A program made the position numbers and the translations under genes. From the human T2T-CHM13v2.0 reference genome, Homo sapiens, in NCBI RefSeq assembly GCF_009914755.1, contig NC_060932.1: DNA of 64,000 nt. The stretch is one strand, 5' to 3'. The notes below the pieces were generated by a model. It was not told the DNA's origin, did no database searches, and saw only the letters and a program-made list of their open reading frames with translations. Of this stretch, positions 1 through 14,604 are shown in pieces. Within the stretch, counting starts at the first letter, position 1. Each line of letters begins with the position of its first letter.

Positions 1-206
1 AATTACAGCAGAATACCAATGGGAGGGAACAGAAGAACAAGAGTATTCAAATAGATCTTCTTTGAGGTGCAAAAGGAAGACCTAAAACTCAAGAGTTCAG
101 CAGACAGACTCTGACCCTAAACAAAAGGTACCTCTAGCAGAGCAATTTCTAGCCTGTGGTACACTGAGAGTTACCATAGCAACAACAAATCTCAACCACA
201 GGCAAC

Positions 207-2017
207 CATATTCTTCTAGGCCATGAAACAAACCTCAACAAATTTAAAAGAATGAAAATCATACAAACTGTGTTCTCAGATCATAATGGAATGAAATTGA
301 AAATCAATAACAGAAGGATATGTGGAAAATATTCAAATGTTTGGATATTTAAAAGATTATTCTAAGTAACCATGGGTCAAACAAGAAGTCTAAAAAAAAT
401 TTAAGAAATACTTTGAACTAAATTCAAATTAAAATATAACACATCAAAATTTGTGGCCTGTAGTTAAAGTAGTGCTTAAACAGAAACTTATAGCATTAAA
501 TGCTTATATTAGAAAATTTAAAAGTTAAGAATTAATAATTTAAGCTTTCACTTTAAGAAATGAGAAGAGCAAACTAAACCCAAAGAAATCAGAAGGTCAG
601 AAATAAGATAAGTGCACAGAATAATGAAATTGAAAACAAAAGTCAGTAGAGAAAATCTATAAAAACAAAGTTAATACTTTAAAAACATTAAGAATATTGA
701 TAAATCTTTAGCCAGATTGACAAAGGAAAAAAAAAGATGACACAAATTACCAACTTCAGGAAGAAAAGAGGATATTAGTACAAATCCCAAAAATATTAAA
801 AGAAGAATAAAGGAATATTACAAAATTATTTGCACATACATTTGACAACCTGGTTGAAATGGGTCAATCCTTAAAAAATTCAAATTACCAAAATGAAGTA
901 GATAACTTCAGTTGTGCTGATTCTATTCCATTAATTGAATCCCTGCTTTAAAAACTTTCAGGAAGAAATCTTCATGCCTAATATCTTCTCTAGTGAATTC
1001 TACCAAACATTGAAGGAAAAAATAATATAATTATATATCATCTTTTCCAGAAAACAGAAGAGGAGAGATGACTTCCCAACTCATTTTATGAAGCCAGCAT
1101 TACCCTAATACCAAATCTAGTCAAAAATATTATAAGGAAACTACAGACTAATAATCTTCATGAACATATATACACACACACACAAAATATTTAATACAAT
1201 GCTAGCTAATCAAGCCATTAATATATAAAAATGAAAATACATCAAAACCAAGTGTGGCTTATCCCAGGAATGTAAGACTAGTTTAGCATTCAATAATTTG
1301 TCAATGTGTGCACAACCTCCTGTGAATCCATAACTTACTTTTTAAAAAAAATTAAGGTTAAATTTAAAATAAAATAGAAACAAGCAGGAAAAAAACATTA
1401 ATGCCAATGCAGAAATTATTTGATGAAATTCAATAGTCCTTCAAAATTAAAACTCTGAGAAAACTAGGAACTGAAAGAAACTGTCTGAATCTGATAAAGG
1501 GCTTCTACTGCTAAAGGGCTTCATCATATTTGATGGTATAAAACTGAGTACTCTCCTCTACAGTTTGGAACAAGGCAAAGATGTCTTCTCTTACCAGTTA
1601 GACTCAACATTGTACTCAAAGTTCTAGCCATTGAAATACAGCAAGAAAACAAAAATTTTATATTTCAGAAAAGAATAAAATGGTCTCTGTTTTTAGACAA
1701 CAATACTGTCTGTATAGATCTCCCAAAAAATCTATACAGTTTCTAGAACTAATAAATGAGTTTAGCATGTTTGCAGAATACCTACATACAAATATCAATT
1801 ATATTTTATATACTCTCAATAAATAATAAGAATTGAACATTTTTAAAAGCAATAAAATGTATAATAACACCAAAGAGATACTTAAGTGTAACTAATATAA
1901 CATAGGCATGATTTTTCTGCTGAAAACCACATACAAATAATAATGAAAGAAATCAGAGACTTAAATAATAAAGATATACCATGTTCATGGTTTGAATCAT
2001 GGAATATTATCAAGTTG
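207..2017 (+). mobile_element. Ancient L1 (L1M-type) ORF2 fragment, heavily decayed
   Basis: A-rich sense-strand L1 ORF2 motifs (aacaaacctcaacaaatttaaaagaat, ttttatgaagccagcattaccctaatacc, aactaataaatgagtttagc); no long ORF left. Confidence 0.85.
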
Positions 2018-2076
2018 TTGTGTCACTCAGGGTACAAACAGAGAAGCAAAATCAGAAGGAGAAAGATTGGAAGATC

Positions 2077-2112
<36 letters not shown>

Positions 2113-2535
2113 GATAGATAGATAGACAGACAGATAGACAGACAGATAGAAACAACCACAATAACAACAATTGCCTTATGCAGAAGTCTGAAATCCAAGT
2201 AGTAGTCAAGACAGGACCACCACTGGCAAAGCTGGAACTCACAAGCAAGTGCCAAAGCTATTATCCACAGGCAACCAGGGAAAGATCATAAGAAAGTAGA
2301 ACCTCCACAGATGCTCTACTAAAGTTGCTGTTCACAGGCATATTTCTTCTTTCTTCTGGGGAAGCCTCAGCCCTGCTATTAAAGCCTTTCAGTTTCTTGA
2401 ATCAGATCTACCCAGATTACCCAGGAAAATCATCCCCAAATTAAGTCACTGACTACATCTTTAGGTAATTATACGTAGGCTTTTATTACACCTGCAAAAT
2501 ATTTTCACAGCAATACCTAGATTTCTGTTTTAATA
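2018..2535 (-). mobile_element. MLT2-family (ERVL) LTR interrupting L1 sequence, with internal GATA repeat
   Basis: MLT2-like text (ggggaagcctcag...aagcctttca, cccagattacccagg, ttcacagcaatacctagat). Confidence 0.65.
2077..2149. repeat. Compound (GATA)n/(GACA)n microsatellite
   Basis: Directly visible; source of spurious ORF 2052..2255. Confidence 0.97.
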
Positions 2536-2539
2536 AATG

Positions 2540-3250
2540 TAGAAAGAATGAGAGAAATAGAAAATCACCATCAAAACAGCAGCATTATAACTGCTGGAGG
2601 CAAAATCCACTATGAATGGTAAAATTAAAGGGTGAAAGAGTAAGCACAAACAAGATATTTGCATAGTTCCAAATGTTCCCCCAATGTGTGTAATAATTAC
2701 AAATGGAAAAAATAATAAGTTTACAGTGGAGAATTCTGACAGACATCACCTCAGCCAGGTGATCAAGGTTAAAATCACCAGCAATATGTATCAAGAGCAT
2801 GTGTCCGGACATGATGCACTAAGCAGGGCACATACATCACCTCAATGGAATCCTTTCTAACAATGCATAGCCTCCATCTAATTATAAGAAAGCATCAGAA
2901 CCTAAAGCAAGAGGCAATTTACAAAATAATTGACCAGGCTTATCCAAAGTCACAATGGATACGGAAAGACTGAGGCACTATTACAGGTTGGAGGAGATCA
3001 AGAGACATGACAGCTGAATACATGTGGGATCTTGAATCAGAAAAAGACACTATAGAGAAACTGGTGAAATGTAAAGAAGTTCTGTTATTTGGTGAATCGT
3101 ATTGTACCAAGGTTAATTTCTTAGTTTGATAAATGTTGTATAGTTATATAAGATGTTAACATAAAGGTAAGCTGGGTGAGGAATATACAATAAGTTTGCA
3201 ATATTTTTCATCTCTTTTGTAAATTTAAATATTGCAAAATTTTTTAGTGT
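2540..3250 (+). mobile_element. L1MC-type 3' UTR
   Basis: tttacagtggagaattctgacagacatcacctcagccaggtgatcaaggttaa and attgtaccaaggttaatttcttagttt resemble the L1MC4-like 3' end. Confidence 0.7.
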
Positions 3251-4955
3251 AAAGAACAAACAAAGTGAAAATGAATTGTTGGAAAAGAGTAATAAAATAA
3301 ACATACTCCTGGCAAGGTAAATGCCAAGAAAGCACTGCAGAAAACACAAGTTCTTGTCCCCTGTATTTTCCCCGAACTCCAATTCCAACTCAGTAGGTTT
3401 AGGATGCACCACAGGCCCAGGCATTAGATATTTCAAGATCCACAAGTGTTTCTGGGAGCCATAGAGACACTCATTTTGAATCCTGTTTCTGCACTTCATC
3501 CCAGTACCTCCATTCACTGTTTTATATTAACTCTCTCTTTATTTCTTTTTGGCCCCTCCTCAAGGTGCTGTTAGGTGAGCAGCAGGTTGATCACAGACTA
3601 TTAGTGACTTCTAGGCTATTCTCTTCCAAACAACACTCCTAATCATATGAGGTAATGTGTAGAGAAGTGAGAAGGCTTTGGGAGATCCAAAAAGGTTTGA
3701 CCAATCTCTGAGTTGATAAGATAGGCCCAAAGTCAGTGGAAGCAGCATCCTGTTTTGGTACTAGGAATGAGCATGAAACCAGAAAGGAAGAAGGTGTCTA
3801 AACTTTAGTCAGACTTTGCTGAAGCATAGATTCTAGATTATGGGGTAAAATGCACTTAACATTGTCCAGACGCCATACTTCACTTGTTCCATGTTTTCCT
3901 AACACCCCCCCACACCCCACCCCGCAACACACACACACAAAAATAGTTTTATCTCCCTTTTAGAGGTTAGAATACGTTCACTTGGTGAGCTTTGGTAACC
4001 TGCTTGCAGTTACACAGCTACCAAATTGCAAAGACAGGGTTTGAAGCCCAGTTTTTCCTAATATTTAAGCCATAATAATTTTACTGTATCTAAATATCAG
4101 CTAATATAATGCTTCAATTTATAGTTTACAGTTGAGTAGGTGAAGTGGTTTTTACTTATTTTACTAGCTCTACAGCTGGCTTCACATTCTTTATTTCTCA
4201 AGGATGAGTCTTTATCTTTAAAACTAAAAAATGAGCTGCATCCTCCCACAAAACTCTCTTCTTACAAAAGGAATTTTCATAAATCCTATCTTGATTGACT
4301 CATCCTAAGTGCGTAGAGTAAGATGAGATGCTTTCCAAATCTATAAAACTAGCCCTGCTCAGGGTTATTATGCATGAGTCCTGACAGCAATTCTGTCTTT
4401 TCAAAGTGGCATTGTACCTCGAATTCATTTGGCATAGCAAGGCAGTCTAGTCTGAGCCTTACTGATGAATTATGTCCCCGGTGGACTTTCTTTCTAAGTC
4501 ATGTTGAATTAGATTTAATCGGAGAACTTCTCCAGCTGGCTTACTTTCTTATACCAAGTATTGAATTGAGTCTCTCTCTTCTGACTCCCTTGGTTCTTTT
4601 CAGATGAGAATAACCCATCTAATCAGTTCTACATCATTCTTGGATTTGAATAAAACCTTAAAGGCCTTTGTGACTTAGCACAGTAATAAATACCTCAACT
4701 GTAGGTAAAAGGAGCAAAGATAGAGCTGCCAGCACTAAAGGAAAAGAGGAAAAAGCGAGTAGACAGATCTTTGTGGTTAATTGCAAACTAAGTCTGTCTG
4801 ACAAGAAAAGAGGATCTCTCTGACATATCTTTTCCCATATGATCTTAGCACAAGGTTATGAAATATCTCTTAATAGTAACTGCCAATGAATATTGCCATT
4901 GTCTTGATATGTATTATTCAAAAATGGGTGTATGGAGGTAATATTCTATGCTAAC

Positions 4956-5385
4956 TTTTTTTTTTTTTTGAGACAGGCTCTCACTGTTTCCCCCAGGCTA
5001 GAGTGCAGTGGCATGATCAGGGCTTACTGTAGCCTTGAACTCCCTGGTTCAGGTGATCCTCTCACCTCAGCTTCCTGAGTAGCTGGGACAGTAGGCACAC
5101 ACCACCACACCCAGCTTATTTGTGTATTTTTTTTGTAGAGGCAGGGTTTCACCATGTTGCCCAGGCTGCTCTCAAACTCATGAGCTCAACTGATCCTCTC
5201 ACTTCAGCCTCCTGAGTAGTTGGAACTACAGGTGTGCACCACCATGCCAGCTAATTTTTATATTTTTATAGAGACAGGGTCTCACTATGTTGCCCAGGCT
5301 GGTCTCAAACTCCTGGGCTCAAACGGTCTGTCTGCCTCTGCCCTCAAAGTGCTGGGATTACAGGTGTGAGCCACTGCACCCAGCC
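4956..5385 (-). mobile_element. Three-monomer AluJ-like element
   Basis: Poly-T then three Alu arms; flanked by tctatgctaactttt (4945) and tctgtgctaactttt (5386). Confidence 0.9.
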
Positions 5386-5579
5386 TCTGTGCTAACTTTT
5401 TATATGAATATTTATTCATCTCCCCAAATTCAACATATTCTAGATTAAATTTAGCAACATCCTTCCTCCTACTTTGCCTGAAACTGTTTCTCTTTCTTAG
5501 CTTATCTATCTCTGGCAAGGGCCTCACAGTTCCCATATTGTACTTGAAGTCACTTCTAATTTTATACTTGCCTTTAAGA

Positions 5580-5820
5580 AGAAGTACAGTTGCTAAGGGA
5601 ATGGAATTTGGAGCAAGACCTGAGTTCAAATCCTAACTCTACCCCGATTGGTTGTGTGCCAGTGATCAAGTTATTTTAATCAATTTGAGCCTGAGTTTAT
5701 TCATCTGTAACTTAGGGATAATAAAGTTGGTCTCACAGTGGTATTGTAAGGTTTAAATGAGATAAAGTGCAAAAACATCGAGCACGAGATTAGATGTATG
5801 TTAAGGGCTTTAAGTATTGA
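5580..5820 (+). mobile_element. MIR
   Basis: gacctgagttcaaatcctaactct...ttcatctgtaa...gtaaggtttaaatgagataa core. Confidence 0.8.
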
Positions 5821-5825
5821 GGTTC

Positions 5826-6211
5826 TATATTAGTCAACCTGGGCTGCTATCACAAAATGCCACACACTTGGAGGCTTAAACAACAGAAATGTATTTTCTC
5901 ACTGTTCTGGAGGCCAGAAGTCTGAGATCAGGGTGCCAATATGGTCAGGTTCTGGTGAAGACTCTCTTTCTGGCTTTCAGACAGTCACCTTCTTGCTGTG
6001 TCCTCACAAGGCAGAGACAGAGAAAAGAGAAAGAGAAAGAGCTCCAGTGTCTGTTCTTACAAGGACACTAATCCTGTCATGAGAGCTCCACCCTCATGAC
6101 CTCATCTACACCTATTTACCTTCCATAGGCCCCACCTTCTAATACCATCACAGTGGGGCATCTAAATACATCAGCATATGAATTTGGAGAGGACGAAATT
6201 CAGTTCTCAAC
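5826..6211 (-). mobile_element. MLT1A-type MaLR LTR
   Basis: ggcttaaacaacagaaatgtattttctcactgttctggaggccagaagtctgagatcagggtgcc is the reverse complement of the MLT1A 3' region. Confidence 0.85.
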
Positions 6212-6840
6212 AGGTTCTTACTATGAAAAATAGAGAAGAGGAGCATTTGAGGAATGTGTCTGCTTTTCTACCCCACCATGTAGTTAGTGAGTCAATCTGA
6301 AAGCTGCCACAAAACAGTGCAATCTATTTCAAAGAAAGGACCCTATGGAAATAAGAAGAAGAAAACATTTTGGTTTATATCTATGCCTTTAAGAAAGCCA
6401 ACCAGGCTGATAGGAGAAATGATAACATTATCCAGAGTTGATTTCTTAAAATAGGATCAGTTGTGGCAACTGGTGACTCCTGAAAGGCCAACAGGTGGGC
6501 AGAGAAAGGCTCCAAAAGTGCAGTCCTTGCATTGGCTCTCAGGGCAGTGCAATGCCTACTTCCAGGGGATTCTTAATTATACATTTGACTAAAGGGTAAT
6601 TATTGGTAACCTACTACATGACTTACGAAAGTCTAATGATGTTAGATATTCATAAAATATGTGCATGCATTTGTTTAATAATAACTCTAACTTATTATTC
6701 TACTAAAAAGTAACATCAAAAGTAAGTAAACTGTAAAGTTCGTACCATGAGCAGTAACAGAGTTAAAATTCCTGCAATTTTCAAGAAAGTTGTTTCGAAT
6801 TGTGAACACAATCTACGTTTTTCGCCAGTTACTTATGTAA

Positions 6841-7206
<366 letters not shown>

Positions 7207-8410
7207 TAGTAATTCTTATTATTGTTATTTAATTCTTTATAACCATTCACTTGCCAAATCTTAGATATCCTTCCTCTAAAGTTTTCCCCTCTTCATTTTT
7301 GCCACAACCACCTTAACCTAGGCAGGCTTCGGCTCATAGCTAGATGACTCAATACTTCCCTAGTAACTTCAGTCTCCCTGACTTCTCTGCTAATCCACCC
7401 GACAGCTAAATCAAACTTCCTTAAATACCACCTTAGAGTAGCCCTCATTGTCTCTAACTTTCTTAAGATCTACATCCATAATCTGCCCTTCCAATTCAGT
7501 CTTCGTTAATTCCCAGTTTGCCAATACAAGTTATCTGTTCCCAGCAGGCCAAGGTCTTCACAGATTCACAGGGGTGATGGGGATTTCACGAGTGATGTTC
7601 TGAGTTGGAAAGCTCTGCCTCTTTTACTCCACCTATCCCAATCTTGCCAGTCATCAAAATCCATGTCAACAGCCTCCTCTTCCCAAAATTATTTCCAAAG
7701 CATTCCAGTGTGCATTAATTTCCCCTCTACCAAGCCTCAAAGCACTTAAAAACACTACCATCGATTCAACATTGAATTATGCATTGTCTAAAAAACTTTT
7801 TTAACCAATCCATGTATACTACTCATATATTCTTTCCTCACAAATAGGTAATTCTCCCAAGGATAGCAAATATGTTTTATTCACCTCCTACATATTAAAA
7901 TAGTGGTGGGCATGTAATATAATAAGTTGTCACATAATGTACAATTATTACTATCAGGCAAAGTGTTAGCATTTTAGCTGAATCATTTAGTTTAATACAA
8001 AAATTCTTTATGGTAGATATTTATTATTCTCCATTTTAAAAATGATTATTCTGAAGTTTTTAAACAAAGTTACTCGCCTAAGGTCAAAGAGCTGGTAAAC
8101 AGCAAAACTAAGAGTTGATTCATGGAATGTTTGACCCCTGAGTCTTGATTATAGCAGGTATTCAGCACAAATTAGATTGTTGGCAGCTCTTTAATACCAG
8201 TTTGCTCTAATACAATTTCAATAACTTCCACACCACCAAACACAGAGCAGAGTGTCAAGTCTCAATAAATACTTGTTGGTTGATTGACTATAGGCAAATG
8301 TCACATAATTAGCCTAATAAGTTTTTAGTATTTCAATGGATAATAGAGCATAAAACCACTGAGCTTTCAGCTTATTTTCTAGAAACTTGTAGTTCTACAT
8401 ATTTTCCACT

Positions 8411-8859
8411 TGAGGAAATAAACAAAGATTACCCAAATGGAACAAAACGAAGACTATTTATTCAGTTTGTTAGAGGAAGAGAGTCAGCATCACTTGCAGC
8501 CAGAACAGACTCAGGCTGTGGGAAATCTTTACAGTGGAAAAGGAAGGCCTTGGGTGTGCCTGGAGAGGAGGCTGTTAGCCTGGAGAAGCTGGAGGCAGCT
8601 AATTAGAAGTTGGATATTGTATATGATTGGTTTGGGGAACATAATTGACTTTCTCTGGATGGTCCTGAGTTGGATTAGGAGTGGGAGTGGCAAAAAATAG
8701 AGAAGCTGGCAGTCACTAACCAAGGCCCAACCTTCCTGGACCTATTGATGAAGAGCTTGTGGTTTCAATTTCTGGGCTGTTTTCTACAGAAGTTGTGGGT
8801 CAGAGTTATATTGTCACATGTAGTCTGGGCCATTATCCATTGGTATATTCAGTCTCACA
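8411..8859 (-). mobile_element. ERV1-class solo LTR (MER90/MER110-like, family uncertain)
   Basis: Minus strand starts TGTGAGACTGAATATACCAATGGATAATGGCCCAGAC; minus-strand AATAAA near 8457; ~450 bp. Confidence 0.6.
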
Positions 8860-9672
8860 CATTTAACTATCAACCACTTTTTTTTTCCTAATTTGCATTT
8901 TGTGGGTATTTGGAATATTTCTGATTATTAAGAAATCTAATTTAACATATATCTAAAGTCTTAAGTTTAGTGAATTAATCATTGGCTTTCCAAGGAAATG
9001 CAATTTTCTATAGAGACTTCATTTTATTAAAAAAAAAATCCTTTTCCCGAAAACATGAAGAAACAATTACATCAAAAGATGACTGCAAATGTCACTTTTC
9101 CTACATAAAACACTCAGTGAAATTCTAGTTCCAATGAAAAATGTCAGATCAGCAACCATAGTTATAAAAAGAACACTGGTCTGGTTTCAATATATACTAC
9201 AATGAACCCTCTCCTAGACTTGCTCCCAATGCTGTCTTAAATCTACGAAAAATTTGACATTTGGAAAGTTGTTGGGATTACTCCTCCCACTTCCTAACTA
9301 AGTAAAAGTCCTGCCTAGATTGTTTTGGACAGTACCCAAAATATAAAAGGCAGAGCCCCATAAAGCATAATGTTTTTTCTCTGATAACTCTATAACTAGC
9401 TCATTTTATTTATTGTCAACTAGTTTTGTCAAATCCAGGGATTTAGGGACTTTAATCTCTGAAATACTTAATTTTTTTGGATGTTCACCTTACTGAATCA
9501 CCAATTCAATTTCTCCTCTCTACTGTAAATTAAGTGGACTGCAATTTTCTTTATACTGCTCACATCAAGTCAGAAATTTGAATTGGTTCTAGTCAAAGCT
9601 TTCTGCCTAGATTCAAGAAAATACATTCTCCATTATTTAGAATAGTGCTCATTACCTCATAACTGGAAATAA

Positions 9673-10101
<429 letters not shown>

Positions 10102-11145
10102 TGAGTGGTAGGTTTCAGACATAATTTGAAATTCTATCTCAATCTGCTTTTTCTAATTATTACTATCAATTAAATCATAAGCATTTAAGGTCAGCCCTGG
10201 GAGAGAAGGAAAAAGCTTTGTTTATGGTCCACAGGCCACTCTTTCTAGTGAGGGAGAAACACTTTCCTATTTCCATCCCATTGTAATAATGTCTTTATTT
10301 GTCTGTCTTCTCCACACTAAACTGTGAACTTCTCCAAGGTAGGGATAGAATTTCCCACAGGGAAGGAAAGGAAAGAATATCTCAGGGGGCTGGAGATTCC
10401 TGCACCCCATCTGCCCACCTGCATGACTTTCTTCTCCTTGGCAAAGTTCAGCCTTCGACCTGACGGCATTTAGATTTTTGCCTTTCTGGAAGCCATGGTG
10501 GAATTACTTCCAGTTTGGTGACTGTTTCACTTGCTTCACCTCTGGAGTGGGCCAAGCAGCTCCCACAATCTCCCCATGGTGCTTGGCTATGTTACTGCTG
10601 AGCACAGTGTAGTCAGCGTGTGATCTTTAAATAGCACTAAGTCTGATATTTCCAGTTTACAAGCATTTGGAGAATAAGATAAGAGCCTTTGGCAGCTGCA
10701 TTTGACTGGGTTTTGATGAGAAGCGAGGCTAGAATGAGCCTGCCTCTAGGGTAGGGCACGTGGCCACATCTGCTTACGGCTGTTTATGAATAACTGATAA
10801 TACATGACCAGAATGAAGTCATGCCCTGATAACAAGGCTGTTTGAAACAGCAAATATCACTTAAAAAATATATTAGAGATAAATGGTATCTCCTTTAATG
10901 CCTAGTCTGATAGTTAGGAGCCAGTTTACATTTTTTCCAATTAAAGTGATTCATTCTTGGTTGCATTAGTGGCAAAAAAAGGGAAAGCTTTGGGAAAAAG
11001 AGCAAATGATTAGGCTAAAGTTATTTTTAAAGTATAAACGAATGATTTCAGGATCAATAGCAAATATTTAAGCACTTTAACTTTAATATCAGTGTACTGA
11101 TGATCACCAAATGCAGTTAAGGAATGGGGGAAAGTAGATGAGATG

Positions 11146-11503
11146 AAAGGGGAAGGAAGGAAGGAAAAAGGGAAGGAAAAGAAGGAGGGAGGGAGGAAGG
11201 GAAGAGGGAGGGAGGAAAAAAGGAAGGAAGGCAGAGAGGGAGGGAGGAAAGGAAGGAGGGAGGAAGGGAAGAGGGAGGGAGGGAAGGAGGGAGGGAGGGA
11301 AGGAGGGAGGAAGGAAGGAAGGAAGAAAGGAAAGAAGGAAGGAAGGAAAATGGAAGGAAGGAAGGCAGGTAGGGAGGGAGGAAAGGAAGAAGGAAGGAAG
11401 GGAAGGAGGGAGGGAGGGAAGGAAGGAAGAAAGGAAGGGAGGGAGGAAGAAAGGAAGAAGGAAGGAAGAAGGGGGGGGCAGGGAGGGAGGAAGGAGAAGG
11501 AAA
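11146..11503. repeat. ~350 bp polypurine (GGAA/GGGA)n low-complexity tract
   Basis: Almost only G/A on the + strand. Confidence 0.97.
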
Positions 11504-13319
11504 ATCGCTTTTGTACTTTTCCAGGTTTACCTGCCAGTTTTACTCTTCCTGATGCTATAGCTGTATTATTAAAAGTATAGAATGAAAACCCACATGAATT
11601 ATGACATGCTCATTATGCACAGCAACACAGATATGAGAGAAAGATTGATAAAGATTAATTCTGACACAGAAATAGAATTCAAATTAGAAATCTGGGTTCA
11701 TCCAGTGGTTAATTATATTTTTATCAGCCTTGTAAACTAAAAAGGAAAAAAACTAAAATCATCTAAACCTGTAATTGATGTGTATGTCTTTTGAAGATAC
11801 AACAATGAATTTAAACTTCCTGCACACAATTTTAAGGTAGTGGAGTTTTTTTCTCCTAATATTTCCAAAATCTGTGACTTTGAGCCTGTCAGTCTACCTA
11901 AACACATTTTAATAATGATAAAAAAAGAGCTACTCTCTGAACTGTACTGTAATATTTTTTAGCACAGTTCCTGAATATGTGCTTAGTGCTTTGGTATTGA
12001 TACTTGATTTAGACACCACTTTGAAGCTCTGAATTTGGGTCATCGATACAATAATTTCACAGTGTTACTTTCACTTGGTGATAAAAAGTGACTCTTTTTT
12101 TGGAATTTCAGCATTACAGAAAAGCAGGAACGTTCAAATATTTCCAACACAAGTTCTCTCCCAGGGGCACTTGTGTTCTAATATATATTTTTAATATAAA
12201 CTTGAGTTTTAAAAAATGTTAATAGCCATCTGCTTCTCATAAATTTCATCACTAGAATTTCATTGATGTTTGTCATTAATCTTACGCGAATATGGAGGAT
12301 TAAGGAATTGAAGTATAATTCAGTTTGAGAGATTCTGTGTCAACAGATTCTCAGTTGCAACTGGCTAAACATGACTTTGAGTTTCTACAAGAGAGCATAG
12401 ATCATGAAAAAAAAATTAGTCAGTAAGACATTTCAGTTGTTATAGATGAGGGAAAGTCCTTCTGACAAAAACTCCAATAAATTAGGAATTTAATAACCAC
12501 ACAGCCTGTGACACAGAATGGAGAAGAACAGGATTACAACAGTGACCTGCCACCCAGATCCTCTACCCTGAGCAGGAAGAGGCAGGAGAGGAAATAACAC
12601 GTCTAGGGCATTAATAACATTCCCACATGTATTTCCAAGAGAGTGTCTACAGTAGAGCAGGCAAACACAAAATGTTGGCTTGCTTCTTAAAATATATGCG
12701 CTTTAAAATTTTTATTTAGAATTGAGCGAATCTAGTAAAGTGAAAAGTAGACTTGACCCTTGAAGCAGATGCAAGCAATTCCCTAGACTAATAAAACAAG
12801 TCTGCTTTGAAAACTACTAAAGGTGTTTAATGATCTCTTATAGCTCTACTATTGTCATTGAATATTCATAATGCTATAGCAAGTCAAAATGAAACTGGCC
12901 ACCCGAGTAGTTAGTGAGAAAGCACGCTTTATTGTTAACCGCTTGCTCAGGGTTCAGTGATACTAGAATTTGGGGCGGTCTGCCAGATTCTAAGGAGCCA
13001 AGAGATCTGTTTTTGCCTTGTGCTGACCAACTGCTCTTCTGACCTGACTGTCCCATTTGGGTCACAGAATCCTGCCCACAGGAAAGGCCTAGCTGAAATG
13101 CCACTTCAGGAAACCTTCCCTGATGACCACTACTTTATCTGGCTGGGGCCACTTTTGAAATGTCCAAGGTGCTCTCTGAATTTCACTGTTCTCTTTTTCC
13201 TGTTCTTTGTGGCACACAACCCAGCAGCCCTGTCCCTACAGAGCAGAGGCTGACTCCTTCCTTTTAAAACACCCACAACATCTTTAATAAATGGAAAATC
13301 CCAGTAGCTCCCTGCTGCA

Positions 13320-13495
13320 CAGGGCTTACCATGTGTCAGGCGATGGCCAAGGCCCTGTGTGTGTATAAACTCACATCTCATCACGTCCCTGAAGTAGGAA
13401 GTATCTCTATCTCCTTTTTTCAAAAGAGGAAACTGAAGCACAGAGAAGGGTTGTGTAAGTTGCCCCAGGTCACAGAATTGGTATGTGCTAAACTC
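13320..13495 (-). mobile_element. MIR
   Basis: gaggaaactgaagcacagagaaggg...ttgccccaggtcacag. Confidence 0.75.
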
Positions 13496-13984
13496 CCTCA
13501 TGTCTTTCACACACGAGACAATCAAATTCCATTACAGTGCCTAGATTTTATATTTGACCAGCCAACCAAAATTAGCGATGAAGCATTTGCTGAAGTCTCC
13601 CCACCCTTAACAACTTACTGTTGTAGGATGTGTGTGCGTCTGTAGGAAATTCACATCTATTTAGCCTCACACAATGCAAAGCAGTTTTCTGAGTGTTAAG
13701 ACTTAATACTAGACTAAGTTCTGGCACAGTGGGATTGAGTCTGGGATAAAAGCATGGGCTGACCTGGTCTGTGCCTAGCAATACAATACAAGGCTGTGTC
13801 ACCTAAAGCACTGGCTTGCTCCAGTCCTAATAGAAAAGTTGCCACTTGGTGTGGCTGTGTATATGGGCTATCAGAAATAAAGTAACATTTTTAGTTCATT
13901 TTCTTTTTTTGCTTTCTTTTTTTCTTTTAGTAAACTGGTTCTTTCTACTACCATAGTAACAAATTAGTTAGATTTGGTGTATTT

Positions 13985-14604
13985 TGTATTCATTTTCTAT
14001 TGCAGCCAGAACAAATCACCACAAATGTAGGCCACACAACACAAATGTATTATCTGGAAGTTGGTAGGTCAGAAGTCTGAGTGGGCTTGGCTGGTATGTG
14101 CTCCATGTTTTCCTAAGGCTGAAATCAAGAAGTCAGGGGGCCTATGTGACTTTGTGGGGGCTCAGGGATGAATTAGCTTCCAGGTCATTCATGTGGTGGT
14201 TGATTCCAGCTCCTTGCCTCTGTGGCACTGAGGCCTTGTTTTGTGCTGGCTGTCCGCTGGGGTCTCTCTCAGTGTCCTGATGCCTTCCACACTGGTGACT
14301 CCTGGCTGCTTCGGCATCTTAAAGCTAACACCTAGGGTTGAGCCCCTTCCACACCTGGAGTCTCTCTCGGCTCCACTCTTCTTCAGCGCTGACTGCTGGC
14401 TCCTTCCTCTTTGTCATTTAAAGTCTCACGAGATGACACTGGGTCCATCCGGATAATCCAGGATGATCTCCCTATTTTAGTGTTAGCTGATTAGTAATCT
14501 TAATTCCATCTGAAAAGTCCCTTCGGAGCAATGTCTGGATTCGCTTTTGACTGAATATCTGGAAGACAAGTGTGCGGGGGCGTCCTTAGAATTCTGCCAA
14601 CCAC
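13985..14604 (-). mobile_element. MLT1E-like MaLR LTR
   Basis: Ends cttagaattctgccaaccaca; contains ggataatccaggatgatctccctattttag. Confidence 0.75.

Noticed and set aside
11143-11580. 145-aa G/R/K/E-rich ORF
   Set aside because: Purine-only low complexity cannot contain stop codons; artefact
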